Below, piece after piece: positions 43,424-53,324 of a stretch of DNA of 64,000 nt. Source of the stretch: Candidatus Aldehydirespirator sp. (GTDB lineage Bacteria > Actinomycetota > Acidimicrobiia > Acidimicrobiales > Aldehydirespiratoraceae); NCBI GenBank assembly GCA_965203575.1, contig OZ241894.1, forward strand, positions 3,818,841 to 3,882,840, read 5' to 3'. The number at the start of each line of letters is the position of its first letter. Within the stretch, counting starts at the first letter, position 1. Under the pieces are notes generated by a model. The model was not told the origin of the DNA. It ran no database searches and saw nothing but the letters and a program-made list of their open reading frames with translations. Position numbers and translations under genes: made by a program.

Positions 43424-46400
43424 TCAGTCGTTGTCGGTGATCGTGATCTTGACCAGGACCTCGCCGTCGTTGTCGGTGTCGCCGTGCAGGGTGGCGTGGC
43501 TGGGGCGGCTGAGGCGCACGTAGAACACCTCGTTGCCCTCGCGCGCGGAGTCGGAGCAGATCCCTATCCGGATTCGCTGGGATCTGGTGCCCCGCCAGTT
43601 GTAGTTGTCGGCGGGCGGGTAGGTGAGGGTGCCCGAGCCCGATACGTAGTCGCGGCCGCGGGTGCAGCTCGTGCCGCCGGTGGCCGCGCCGGCGCCGGCG
43701 CCGTCCTCGGTGGCCCAGTCCACCACCACCGTCCGCTCGCTGACGGGTCCGCTGAGGCTCGCCTCCAGCGTCAGGGTGTGCTCGACCTCGGCGACGGTCA
43801 GGTTCTCGACCCCGATCCGGGGTGGGCTCTCGTCCTCGGTGACCGTCAGGGTGGCCGACCCGTCACCGACCACGGCATGGTCGGTCGGCACGACACAAGT
43901 GCTCGGATCATCAGACACACTGCGACATTCCCGACGGGAGTTCAGGATCAGCACGACCTCGGCGGTCTCGGCGCCCTCGTAGCTACCGTCGTCGACGGTG
44001 ACGATCTCGCAGCGGAACAGCGTCGTCCCAGCCGGAATCCAGTTGCTGCACCTTTCAAAGAAGTCGGAGAACAGGTTGTGTCCAGCGGTCCAGATCCTAC
44101 TGAAGCCGTATAGGAGCGTCTCGGAGTTGTATCTGAGACCGAACGGCAGGTCGACTTCGAGGGCGCGGTCGAGGCGCACCTCGATGTGTCCGCCGATAGG
44201 GCTGTGGGATCTGGTGGAGTCTGTCTCCTCGTCCACTACGGCGTCGTGCACGCTGATGGTCGCCTTCTCGCCGATGATGGTGCCCTCGCCGGAGCCGCCG
44301 ACGATCGAGGCGTCGCCGCTCACCACCCGGACCAGCTCCAGCCGCAGCGTCTCGTCCACCTCGATGACCTCGTCGTCGATGGTCTGCACGTCGACGGTCT
44401 CCGAGGCGTCGCGGGCGGCGAAAGTCAGCGTGCCCCGGGAGGAGGTGTAGTCGTCGGGGGCGACCGCGGTGCCGTCGACGGTTCGGTACTGCACGGTCAC
44501 CTCCGACTGCGGCGCCGGGTCGAGCTTCACCTCGAAGGCGAGCCGGCCGCCCTCGCGCACCCCCTTGGCGTCGGAGACGCTGAGCTCGGGGGTGCCGATG
44601 GCCGGGCCGTCGCGGATGGTGCCGGTCGGCGCCCGGGTCGGGGCTGTGGCGTTGGTCGCGGTCCCGAACGACAGGATGATCGTCTCGTCGCCCTCGCCGG
44701 CGTCGGCGTCGCGGGCGGTGGGCACCGAGATGGTCGCCGACAGGGACCGGGGGTCGATCACCAGGCTCCGCGACGCCGCGGTGTAGTCCGCTCCGGCGGT
44801 GGCGGTGCCGTCGACGGTGCTGTAGGGCAGCGTCACCTGCCGCAGGCTGGGGTTGTCCAGCGTCACCGCGAACTCCAGCGGCTCGCCCTCGGCGGCGTAG
44901 GCGCCGGCCACCGACAGGCTCACCGGCGGGGGGTTCTCGTCGTCGTAGACGGTGACCGAGGTCACCCGGTCGGCCGCGGCGACCCGTGCGTTGGCCTCGT
45001 TCACCAGCCGCAGCCCGAACTGCTCGGTGCTCTCCGCGGCGCCGTCGTTGACGGTGGCCACCGTTACGGTCTTGGAGGTCTCGCTGGGCTGGAACGTCAG
45101 CGTTCCCTCGGTGTGGGTGTAGTCGCTGCCTGCCGAAGCGGTGCCGGGCTCGGTGCGGTAGCCCACCGTCACCACCCGGCTGCTCTCCGCGGAGAGGGTC
45201 ACGGTGAAGGTCACGCTGTCGCCCTCGAACACCCCGTCGGGCTCGGGCGCCGACAACTCCGGCAGCGGGGTGTCGTCGTCGAGGATCGTGCCCTGCGCGG
45301 TGGGGTCGGCCATCCTGAGCCCGCTCACGGCCTGCAGCCGCAGCAGGAACGTCTCGTCGGGCTCCGTCAGCTCGTCGTCCACGAGGGGCACCGGGATCAG
45401 GGCCCGGCCCTCGCCGGGGTCGATGGAGAGCGTGTCCCCGACGTGGGTGTAGTCGAGCCCGCGGGTGGCGGCCCGCCGGCCCGCTGAGGGCGTGGCCGCG
45501 GTCACGTAGCGCACCGTCGCCTCCTGCTTGGGCGGCGGGTCCAGGTTCATCACGAAGACCATCTCGCCGGCGTCCTCGGCCGCCTCCACCGCGGCGACGT
45601 TGGCCACCGTGACCTCCGAGTCGTCGTCGTCGATGATCGTTCCGGTCAGCCACAGTCTGGCGTCGTACCAGGCCTCGCTCAACTGGATCGTCCCGTGATG
45701 TCCGCCTCCTCCGCGGCAGAGGTACTCACTTGTGCGGCACCACCACACCTCCACGATGACGGTCTCGTTCTCCTCGATCTCGGCGTCCTCGAATGTATCG
45801 ACAGCGAATCCGGTCGGGTCCACGGTATGCCAGGGTTCGAACCAACTGCTGCCAGAGGGGGCGACCTGGAAGTCCCGTCTCACGAGAGCCGTGCCCCCCG
45901 CGATCACTCTGGTCTTGTAGCGCAGGCCCTGGCAGAGCGGCCGGTCGATCTCGATCCCGAACCAGATGGGGTTGCCCTCCTCCGCGGCGTGCCACTGGGA
46001 GATCCGGTGGTCGTTGGGGAAGCCGGTGGCGGCCTTCCACTGCGGAGGGCCGTCGACGGCGGGGTCGATGCACCGGTCGTTGTCGACGATGGTGACCTGC
46101 GCGTCGGTGTCGCCGCCCAGCCTGAGCCCGCCCAGGGGATCGCTGAGCCGCACCAGGAACGTCTCGTCGTCCTCCTCGTCGTCGTCGTCGACGATGGGCA
46201 CCGAGATCGTGGCCCGGTCGGCGCCGGCGACGATGGTCAGCCGTTGCGCGGTGTGGGTGTAGTCGGCGCCGGCGGCAGCGGCGCCGTCCCCGGACTGGGC
46301 GAGCGTGGTGTAGGCCACGCTGACGGCCTCGGTGGCCGGGGCGGCGAGTTCCACGGTGAGGACGGCCGATCCGTCGCCCTCGCTCACCCGCACGTCGTTG

Positions 46401-49400
46401 AAGGCCACCACCTCCGGGTCGTCGTCGTCGACCACGGTGACGGTGAAGTCCCAGTGCCGCGAGCCCCAGTGCGACGGGAGGTCGCCGACCCAGACAGCCC
46501 GTACCCGCAGCGTCTCGTCGCGTTCGTGGCGGTCGTCGTCGTTGACGGCCAGACGGCCGGTGATCGAGGCGGGCGCCGCCGCGGCGAAGGTCTCGAGCCG
46601 GTCGGCCGCGGCCACGTCGGCGGTGGCGCCGTCGGCGAAGGTGTAGCCCGTGCCGACGTCGGTGCTCTCGGGGGCGACGGTGGCGGTGACGCCGGAGAAC
46701 TCCAGCCGCCAGGTCGCGGCGGTGGTGGTGCAGCCGGCGACGAGCGCGAACGACGGCGTCCCCGCGTCCTCGGCCACCCTCAGCGGAGTGAACGACACCT
46801 CGGGCCGGCCGTGGGTCGAGTCGCCCGGGTCGACGCAGCCGCTGCCGATCGTGCCCGTCCCGACCCGGTTGCGCAGCAGGGCGTTGGACGACGGGTTCAC
46901 GAACCGCAGCTGGAAGTGCTCGTCACCCTCGTCGCGGCTGTCGGTGAAGGTGGCCACCGTCACGGTCTTGGACGTCACGCCGGCCGCGAAGTCCAGCCGG
47001 TCCGGCGACGCGGCCAGCACCCGGCGGTAGTCGGCGCCGGGGTCGGTCCTGGAGTCGCCGCCGGTGGCGGTGAGATCCTGGGTGTGGTACCGGACGCTGA
47101 CCGGCTCGCCGCTGGCCGTCGGGCTGCCGCCGGCGTTCACCAGGCTCACCGTGAACACCAGGTCCTCGCCCTCGTCGACCGGTCCGGCGTCGGACACCTG
47201 CAGGAACACCTCGGAGTCGTTGTCGGTGATGGTGCCCGTCGCCGACACGGCGGACGCGCTGCGGTAGCGCGCCGGCGCTCCCGCCCCCCAGCCGGCCTCG
47301 AAGCTGAAGGTCTCGTCGCCCTCGCCGATGTCGTCGTCGATGAGGGCGACCTCCACCGACACGCTCTGCCGGCCCGCGGCCAGGGTCGTCTCGCCGCTCG
47401 CGGCGGTGTAGTCGCTGCCCGACTCCGCGGTGCCGTCGGCGGTGCGGTAGCTGACGGGCAGGCTGGCGCCCTCGCACACCGGCTGGTCGATCTCGACGGT
47501 GAAGCTCATCGTCGCCTCGTCCTCCCGCGCCGTCCGGTCGAGCACGGTGATCGCCGGCGCCGGAGCGTTGTCGTCGCCGGGGTCGACGCAGGCGGCGTCG
47601 TCGTTCAGGATCGTGCCCGCCACGTAGCGCTCCGCGAAGGTGAGACTCACCGACGGGTTGTTGCGCTCGGTCACCGTGGCGGCCGACACGAGGTACAGCA
47701 GCAGCGTCTCGTCTTCCTCGGGGCCGGTGTCGCCGCACAGTTGCACCGTGGCCGTCGCCCACCGGTGCCCCTTGGGGATGTTCACCGACGCCCTCGTGGC
47801 CGGGATGACGAAGTCGGCGTCGCCGGAGCAGGACCGTCCCCCGGTCGCCCCGTTCGCGGGGCCGACGGGCCTGTAGATCACGGTCACCTCGCGGCTGTTG
47901 GCATAGGTCAGCCTCACCGGGAACCTCAGGACCCCGCTGGGAACCGTGACGGTGCCGTCGCCCTCGGCAACGGAGGCTCTGTCCACTCTCACCTTCGACG
48001 TGTCGTCGTCGACGATAGTGACCACCGTCTCCACCGGGTCGGCGCTGTTCCAGTTCGCGGGGTTGCCCGATCCGAAGAAGTCCCAGGAGAGCCTGAAGGT
48101 CTCGTCGGGCTCGTCGACATTGTCCTCGATGAGCGAGAAGTAGTGAGTCCAGACAGAATCGAACGCGGGCTGATTGTGTACAGCCTCCATTGAATAGAAG
48201 TCTTCACCTTGGACGGCGGTGATAGGGCTTGCCCGGATTCGGAGGCCGACCGTCTCGCACGGCCGGGGATCCATTCTTACGATCGCTACCACATCCCCGC
48301 CCTCCTCGACGGAACGGTCGGTCGCCGCGACTAAGCGGGGCGGGGAATGGTCGTCGGAGACCGGGAGGCACGGGGCGCGGATCACGCCCAGCGCGCTGGA
48401 GTCGCCGAGCCGGACGTTGGCGTCGACGTCGGGGGCGACGGGGACCGACAGCCTCAGCAGCAGCCGCTCGTCGCCCTCGGTCTCGTCGTCGGTGAGGGTG
48501 GGCACGGCCACGGTCTGCTCCAGCGGATCGCCGGGGTTGAAGGTCAATCGGCGGGATACCGCGGTGTAGTCGGCGCTCTCTCCCTCGGGGACGTCGTCGT
48601 GGGGCACCGCGGCCAGGTTGGGGGTGCCGCTGAAGGTCCTCGCGTCGACGGTCACCACCTTGGCGCTGGCCGCCGACAGGCGCACCGTGAAGGCCAGGTC
48701 CTCGCCCTCGCCGGCGGAGGCGCCGACCCCGTCGGGGCACGGCTCCAGCTTCAGGTCCTCGTCGGGGCAGTCGACGACCTCCACTGTGGGCTCGTCGTCG
48801 TTGTCGGCGATCTGGGCCTGGGCGAGGCTGGCGCCGACGGTGGCGTTCTGCACGCTGTCGGCGTCGAGCCGCACGGTGAACGTCTCTTCGTCCTCCTCGT
48901 CGAGGCTGTCGTCGCAGATCACCACGTCGAAGGTCTCGGTGGCCGGGTCGGCGTCGGCGGGGTCGAACTCGATCCAGGCGCCGGCGGCGGCCTGGTAGTC
49001 GGGCGCCGGGTCGGCCCCGCAGTCGCTGCCGCCGGTCGCGGTGTCGCTCTCCTGCCCGAAGGCGACCTGCGCTCTCACCACCCGGCCGCTGGGGTTGTCG
49101 AGCCTGGCGGTGAAGGTGGCCGTGGCGGACTCGGCCACCGCCGCGGCGGGGGCCTCGAGGCTCAGGGTCGGCAGGGGGTCGTCGTCGGTGATCGTGCCCA
49201 CCGCGCAGTCGTCGTCGTCGTTGGCCGACTCGTCGGCCGGGGTGTTCGGATCGTCGGGCACCTCCGCCGGGCACGGCGACGACGCGCCCGACGACGCGTC
49301 GATGCCGTCGAAGCCGCTGAGCTTGAGGGTGAGCATCTCGTCGTCGTCCTCGTCGAGGGTGTCCTCGCAGGTCTCCACGGTGACCGTCACGGTGTCGGTG

Positions 49401-52400
49401 CCGGGGCCGAAGCTCGCGGGAGTGCTCGGCAGAGACACGAAGTCCGGCGGCGAGTCCCCGCTGCAGGCGGTCCCGCCCGTCGCAGCCCCCTCGGCCGCGG
49501 TCTGGTAGTCGACGCTGACCGTGCGGCCCGCCTCAGGGGTCAGGTTGAGGGTGAACTGCAGGTCCTCGCCCTCGCCCGCGGCGGCGTCGGACACCGTGAG
49601 CTGCGGCTCGTCGTCGTCGTCGACGATGACCGCGATGGCGGTGCCGCCGCCGGCGAGGCTGCCGTAGTCCGGCGCTCCCAGCCGCAGCAGGAAGGTCTCG
49701 TCGTGCTCGTAGAGACCGTCGTCGGAGACCGCCACGGACACGGTGGTGCTGTCCGAGCCGGCCGGGATCGTCAGCGAGCTGTTGGGCGCCGCCGAGGTGA
49801 AGTCGGCGCCGGCGGTGGCGGCCTCCTCGCCCTCTGAGGGGCGCTCGGCGGTCCAGTAGGGCGCGGTCACCGCCTGGCTGGCCTCCAGCGGGGTGGCGGT
49901 GCCGGCGATGAACAGCCCCACCGTGAACACCGCCTGGCCGTCGTCCTCGCCGACGCACACCTCGTAGTCCGGGAAGCTGTCGTCGGTGCAGGTGTCCAGC
50001 AGGCGCAGCTCGTGCTCGTCGTCGTCGACGATCCTGCCGTCGGCCCGGTAGTCGCTGGGGTGGCGGCGGTAGGTGGGATCCGGTCCCGACGGAGTGTCCA
50101 GCCACACCTCGAACAGCTCGTCGCGCTCGCCCACCGGGGCGTGCGGGGCGCGGCCGTCGTCGACGGACTGCACATCGAGTGTCGCGCTGGTGCTGCCCTC
50201 GTCGATCGTCACGGTGCCGCTTGCGACGTTGACGTAGTCGGCGCCGGTGTCGGTGGCAAGGTCCGCGCCGGTGGCGGTGCCGTAGGGCAGGTCCGCCGAG
50301 GACTTCTGCCCTGTTCGCCACCCCACCACCACGTCGCGGCCGCTCTCCTGGCCGAGCCGCACCGTGAACCTCAACGTCCCGCCCTCGACGGCAGACGACC
50401 CCACCCCGTCGGGGCAGGGATCCAGCCCCAATGCAGCGTCAGGACAGACGACGATCTCCGCTGCGGGCGGATCATCGTCGTCGGCCACGGTGCCCGTGCC
50501 CGCCGTGTCGGCGTCGACGGTCGCCTCCGGGTCGGCGGGATCCCCCGGCACCAGCCTCAGGACCACATCGAAGGTCTCCTCCGCGTCCTCGTCGAGACTG
50601 TCGTCGAAGGTGGGCACCACGAAGGACGCCGTGCGGTGGCCGACCCCGAAGACGACCTCGCCGGTGAGCTGCGTCGCCGGAGGCGGCGGCGGCACCACGA
50701 GGTCGCCGTCGACGGTGGTGCCGTGCACCACGCTCCACTCCGCGGTGACGGGCCGCTGCGCGGCCACCGGCGATGTCCCGTCGGTCGCGCTGACCAGACT
50801 CACCTCGAACCTCAGCGGCGTGCCCTCGGTGCCGCGGGCGTCGCCGACTCGCAACAGCGGCGGGGCGTCGTCGTTGACGATCACGCCCACCGCGCACCTG
50901 TCGTCGGCGTAGTCAGACTCGTCGGCCGGGGTGTTCGGATCGTTGGGCACCTCCGCCGGGCACGGACCGGTCTCGCCGCCGGGATCCGCGAAGCCCGCGT
51001 TGGAGGCCCCCAGCCGCAGCACCACCGTCTCGTCCTCCTCGTCCAGGTCGTCGTCGATGATGGTGACCCCTGCCTGCTTGGGCCCGGTCTCGCCGGGTCC
51101 GAACCGCACCTCGCCCTGCGGCGACGGCGTGCACGCCACCCCGGTGTAGTCGTCGGGCTCGGCGGCCGTGCCGTCCTCGGTGCAGTACTCGACGGTAACC
51201 CCCGTCGCCCTGCCGCTCGGGGCGCTCAGTGCCACGTCGAAGCTCAGCACGGCACTGTCGGCCTCGGTCACGGAGGCGTCCGAGACGAGCACGTCCGGCG
51301 GATCATCGTCGTCGATGATGGTGCCCCTGCCGGGGCTCGTGTCGATCCAGGCGCTGTCGCTCGGGTTGCACAACTCCACCAGGAACGTCTCGTCGTCCTC
51401 GTCGAGACCATCGTCGTCAACCTGCACGGTGAGCGTCGTGCGGCCGGTGCCGTCCCTCGGGATGACCACCTCGGGCGAGCCGGCCGGGCAGGGGCCGGGC
51501 TCGCCGGTGTAGTCCGCCCCGGCTGTGGCGCGGCGGGCGGTCGGGTTGTCGTCGTCTCTGGTGAAGTAGCGCACGGTCACTTCGGGCGTCTTGGGTCCCA
51601 CGCGCGTCACCGTGAACACCAGCGACCCGGCCGGGTCGCCCGGGTTCGACCCGCACTCGGTGGGATCGGCGTTCTCACAGGCGCGGGCGTCGCCGACCGA
51701 CAGCCCCGGCTCGTCGTCGAGGATCGTGCCCACCGCACAGTCGTCGCGGTCGGTTCCAGCTTCGGCCTCGGCCGGGCAAGGGGTGCCTCGACCGACGGTG
51801 CCGGAAAACTGGGCACCGGAGGCTTGCAGGCGCAACTCGACCGTCTCGGGGCCCTCGCCGCAGCGGTCGTCGTCGATCGTCACCGTGACGTCCCGCGGCC
51901 CGGTCTCTCCCGGCCCGAAGGTCAACGTGTCCCCCGCTTTGACGTAGTCGCGGTCGGTGGTGTCTCGGCAGGTGTTGAGCAACGTGGCCGTGCCGTCGGC
52001 GGTCTCGTAGTCGACCGTCACCTCCACTCCGGCCGCGGCGGCCAGCCCCACCTGGAATGTCAGCTGGACGCCGTCGCCCTCGGTCACGGGCGCCGCGTCG
52101 GACACGGTGACGGTCGGCGGATCGTCGTCGTCGCGAATGGTGCCGATGGCGCTGCGCCGGGCCTGGTCCAGGTTCAGCAGGGCAGGATCGGGCGGCTCGC
52201 CCAGCACCAGTTCCAGGGTCTCGTCGGCCTCGAAGAGGTCGTCCCGGACGACCTCCACCTCGATGGTCGCCCCGGTATTACCGACTTGGATCGTCACCGT
52301 GGACGGCGCCGGCAGCGTGTAGTCGGAGACTTCAGTCGCAGGGTTAGGGCCGGTGCCGGTGATGGTGTAGGGCAGCACCACCTCGGCGGTGGCCGGCGCG

Positions 52401-53053
52401 TCAAGGGTCAACGTGAAGATGAGCTTCGGCGGGTCGCCGGGGTCTGCCAGGTCGCCCTCGACCACCACAGCGCCGCTCACGCCTGCCTTGGGCGCGCCCT
52501 GCAGGACGGCCACCTCCGACGCCTGCCCGCGGAACTCGACGGTGGGGAACACCCCCCGCAGCGGCGCCACCGCCCCGTCGGTCTCGCACACGAAGCTCAC
52601 CCCCAGCACCCCGATCCCGCTCACCTCGGTGTTGGCCGCCGTCACCCCGCTGGAAGGGTCCGGGACCAGGTCGTCGCGGACCAGCCACTCCTCCTCCAGG
52701 ATCCCGGTCTCGCCCGGCACCGGCCGCGGGCCGCCGATGCACAGGAAGTCCAGCCCGGGCCGGGCCGACAGCACGTCGGTCACCAGGTCCTCGCATTCCG
52801 CCTCCCGGTCCTCCTCGCAGGTCAGCGCGGCCGCGGTGGCCGCCTCCTCCGCGGCCAGGTCGGTCATCAGCGCGGCCCGGCCGCCCCGGCCCGCCCACAG
52901 CACGAACAGCGCCAGCAGCATCAGGACCGGCACCAGCAGCACCACCTCCAACGAGGTCGAGCCCGCCTCCCCCCGCCGCGTCCGGCGGGCCTGCAAGGCC
53001 TCCCCGCCCACCGGCGCCGACCGCGTCACGCCAGCCCGGCCCCGGCGCGTCAT
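43424..53053 (-). CDS. Giant (~3,200 aa) protein: TadE-like pseudopilin N-terminus fused to ~23 Calx-beta-like modules
   Basis: An uninterrupted ORF runs 43424-53311. The class-III-like signal RRGEAG/STSLEVVLLVPVLMLLALFVLW has Glu at +5. About 23 modules end in D-rich motifs (e.g. IIDDDLDEEDETVVLRL, IVDDDDEEDDETFLVRL) with ..Y.T.DGTA..G.DY.. cores. ATG 53053 is chosen; ATG 53137 and the ORF-track start codon at 53311 are alternatives. Confidence 0.8.
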   Translation of the reverse strand: MTRRGRAGVTRSAPVGGEALQARRTRRGEAGSTSLEVVLLVPVLMLLALFVLWAGRGGRAALMTDLAAEEAATAAALTCEEDREAECEDLVTDVLSARPGLDFLCIGGPRPVPGETGILEEEWLVRDDLVPDPSSGVTAANTEVSGIGVLGVSFVCETDGAVAPLRGVFPTVEFRGQASEVAVLQGAPKAGVSGAVVVEGDLADPGDPPKLIFTLTLDAPATAEVVLPYTITGTGPNPATEVSDYTLPAPSTVTIQVGNTGATIEVEVVRDDLFEADETLELVLGEPPDPALLNLDQARRSAIGTIRDDDDPPTVTVSDAAPVTEGDGVQLTFQVGLAAAAGVEVTVDYETADGTATLLNTCRDTTDRDYVKAGDTLTFGPGETGPRDVTVTIDDDRCGEGPETVELRLQASGAQFSGTVGRGTPCPAEAEAGTDRDDCAVGTILDDEPGLSVGDARACENADPTECGSNPGDPAGSLVFTVTRVGPKTPEVTVRYFTRDDDNPTARRATAGADYTGEPGPCPAGSPEVVIPRDGTGRTTLTVQVDDDGLDEDDETFLVELCNPSDSAWIDTSPGRGTIIDDDDPPDVLVSDASVTEADSAVLSFDVALSAPSGRATGVTVEYCTEDGTAAEPDDYTGVACTPSPQGEVRFGPGETGPKQAGVTIIDDDLDEEDETVVLRLGASNAGFADPGGETGPCPAEVPNDPNTPADESDYADDRCAVGVIVNDDAPPLLRVGDARGTEGTPLRFEVSLVSATDGTSPVAAQRPVTAEWSVVHGTTVDGDLVVPPPPPATQLTGEVVFGVGHRTASFVVPTFDDSLDEDAEETFDVVLRLVPGDPADPEATVDADTAGTGTVADDDDPPAAEIVVCPDAALGLDPCPDGVGSSAVEGGTLRFTVRLGQESGRDVVVGWRTGQKSSADLPYGTATGADLATDTGADYVNVASGTVTIDEGSTSATLDVQSVDDGRAPHAPVGERDELFEVWLDTPSGPDPTYRRHPSDYRADGRIVDDDEHELRLLDTCTDDSFPDYEVCVGEDDGQAVFTVGLFIAGTATPLEASQAVTAPYWTAERPSEGEEAATAGADFTSAAPNSSLTIPAGSDSTTVSVAVSDDGLYEHDETFLLRLGAPDYGSLAGGGTAIAVIVDDDDEPQLTVSDAAAGEGEDLQFTLNLTPEAGRTVSVDYQTAAEGAATGGTACSGDSPPDFVSLPSTPASFGPGTDTVTVTVETCEDTLDEDDDEMLTLKLSGFDGIDASSGASSPCPAEVPDDPNTPADESANDDDDCAVGTITDDDPLPTLSLEAPAAAVAESATATFTARLDNPSGRVVRAQVAFGQESDTATGGSDCGADPAPDYQAAAGAWIEFDPADADPATETFDVVICDDSLDEEDEETFTVRLDADSVQNATVGASLAQAQIADNDDEPTVEVVDCPDEDLKLEPCPDGVGASAGEGEDLAFTVRLSAASAKVVTVDARTFSGTPNLAAVPHDDVPEGESADYTAVSRRLTFNPGDPLEQTVAVPTLTDDETEGDERLLLRLSVPVAPDVDANVRLGDSSALGVIRAPCLPVSDDHSPPRLVAATDRSVEEGGDVVAIVRMDPRPCETVGLRIRASPITAVQGEDFYSMEAVHNQPAFDSVWTHYFSLIEDNVDEPDETFRLSWDFFGSGNPANWNSADPVETVVTIVDDDTSKVRVDRASVAEGDGTVTVPSGVLRFPVRLTYANSREVTVIYRPVGPANGATGGRSCSGDADFVIPATRASVNIPKGHRWATATVQLCGDTGPEEDETLLLYLVSAATVTERNNPSVSLTFAERYVAGTILNDDAACVDPGDDNAPAPAITVLDRTAREDEATMSFTVEIDQPVCEGASLPVSYRTADGTAESGSDYTAASGETTLAAGRQSVSVEVALIDDDIGEGDETFSFEAGWGAGAPARYRSASAVSATGTITDNDSEVFLQVSDAGPVDEGEDLVFTVSLVNAGGSPTASGEPVSVRYHTQDLTATGGDSRTDPGADYRRVLAASPDRLDFAAGVTSKTVTVATFTDSRDEGDEHFQLRFVNPSSNALLRNRVGTGTIGSGCVDPGDSTHGRPEVSFTPLRVAEDAGTPSFALVAGCTTTAATWRLEFSGVTATVAPESTDVGTGYTFADGATADVAAADRLETFAAAAPASITGRLAVNDDDRHERDETLRVRAVWVGDLPSHWGSRHWDFTVTVVDDDDPEVVAFNDVRVSEGDGSAVLTVELAAPATEAVSVAYTTLAQSGDGAAAAGADYTHTAQRLTIVAGADRATISVPIVDDDDEEDDETFLVRLSDPLGGLRLGGDTDAQVTIVDNDRCIDPAVDGPPQWKAATGFPNDHRISQWHAAEEGNPIWFGIEIDRPLCQGLRYKTRVIAGGTALVRRDFQVAPSGSSWFEPWHTVDPTGFAVDTFEDAEIEENETVIVEVWWCRTSEYLCRGGGGHHGTIQLSEAWYDARLWLTGTIIDDDDSEVTVANVAAVEAAEDAGEMVFVMNLDPPPKQEATVRYVTAATPSAGRRAATRGLDYTHVGDTLSIDPGEGRALIPVPLVDDELTEPDETFLLRLQAVSGLRMADPTAQGTILDDDTPLPELSAPEPDGVFEGDSVTFTVTLSAESSRVVTVGYRTEPGTASAGSDYTHTEGTLTFQPSETSKTVTVATVNDGAAESTEQFGLRLVNEANARVAAADRVTSVTVYDDENPPPVSLSVAGAYAAEGEPLEFAVTLDNPSLRQVTLPYSTVDGTATAGADYTAASRSLVIDPRSLSATISVPTARDADAGEGDETIILSFGTATNATAPTRAPTGTIRDGPAIGTPELSVSDAKGVREGGRLAFEVKLDPAPQSEVTVQYRTVDGTAVAPDDYTSSRGTLTFAARDASETVDVQTIDDEVIEVDETLRLELVRVVSGDASIVGGSGEGTIIGEKATISVHDAVVDEETDSTRSHSPIGGHIEVRLDRALEVDLPFGLRYNSETLLYGFSRIWTAGHNLFSDFFERCSNWIPAGTTLFRCEIVTVDDGSYEGAETAEVVLILNSRRECRSVSDDPSTCVVPTDHAVVGDGSATLTVTEDESPPRIGVENLTVAEVEHTLTLEASLSGPVSERTVVVDWATEDGAGAGAATGGTSCTRGRDYVSGSGTLTYPPADNYNWRGTRSQRIRIGICSDSAREGNEVFYVRLSRPSHATLHGDTDNDGEVLVKITITDND

Positions 53054-53220
53054 GCCGCCCCGCCCACCGGCGCCGACAGCGTCACGCCGGCCCCGACCCC
53101 ACGGCCACACGCCGTATCGGCCGGTGAGGCGCCGCATCGCGCCCCCACGGCCCTGCCCCGGGCCCGGCCGACCGGGACCACCGGGTGCGCCGCCGCATCG
53201 CGCCCCCACGGCCCTGCCCC
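53002..53220. repeat. Short direct repeats in the 5' leader region of the giant ORF
   Basis: CCCCGCCCACCGGCGCCGAC[C/A]GCGTCACGCC occurs at 53002 and 53058. GCCGCATCGCGCCCCCACGGCCCTGCCCC occurs at 53131 and 53192. Confidence 0.7.
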
Positions 53221-53324
53221 GCCGCCGGCGGCCCGCCAGTCCCCGCGTCAACGGGCCGGACCGGCCCGCGACCGCCGCACCGGGGGGCGTGCTCACCGGT
53301 CCGGTCCCCAACCTGGCCGCCCGC

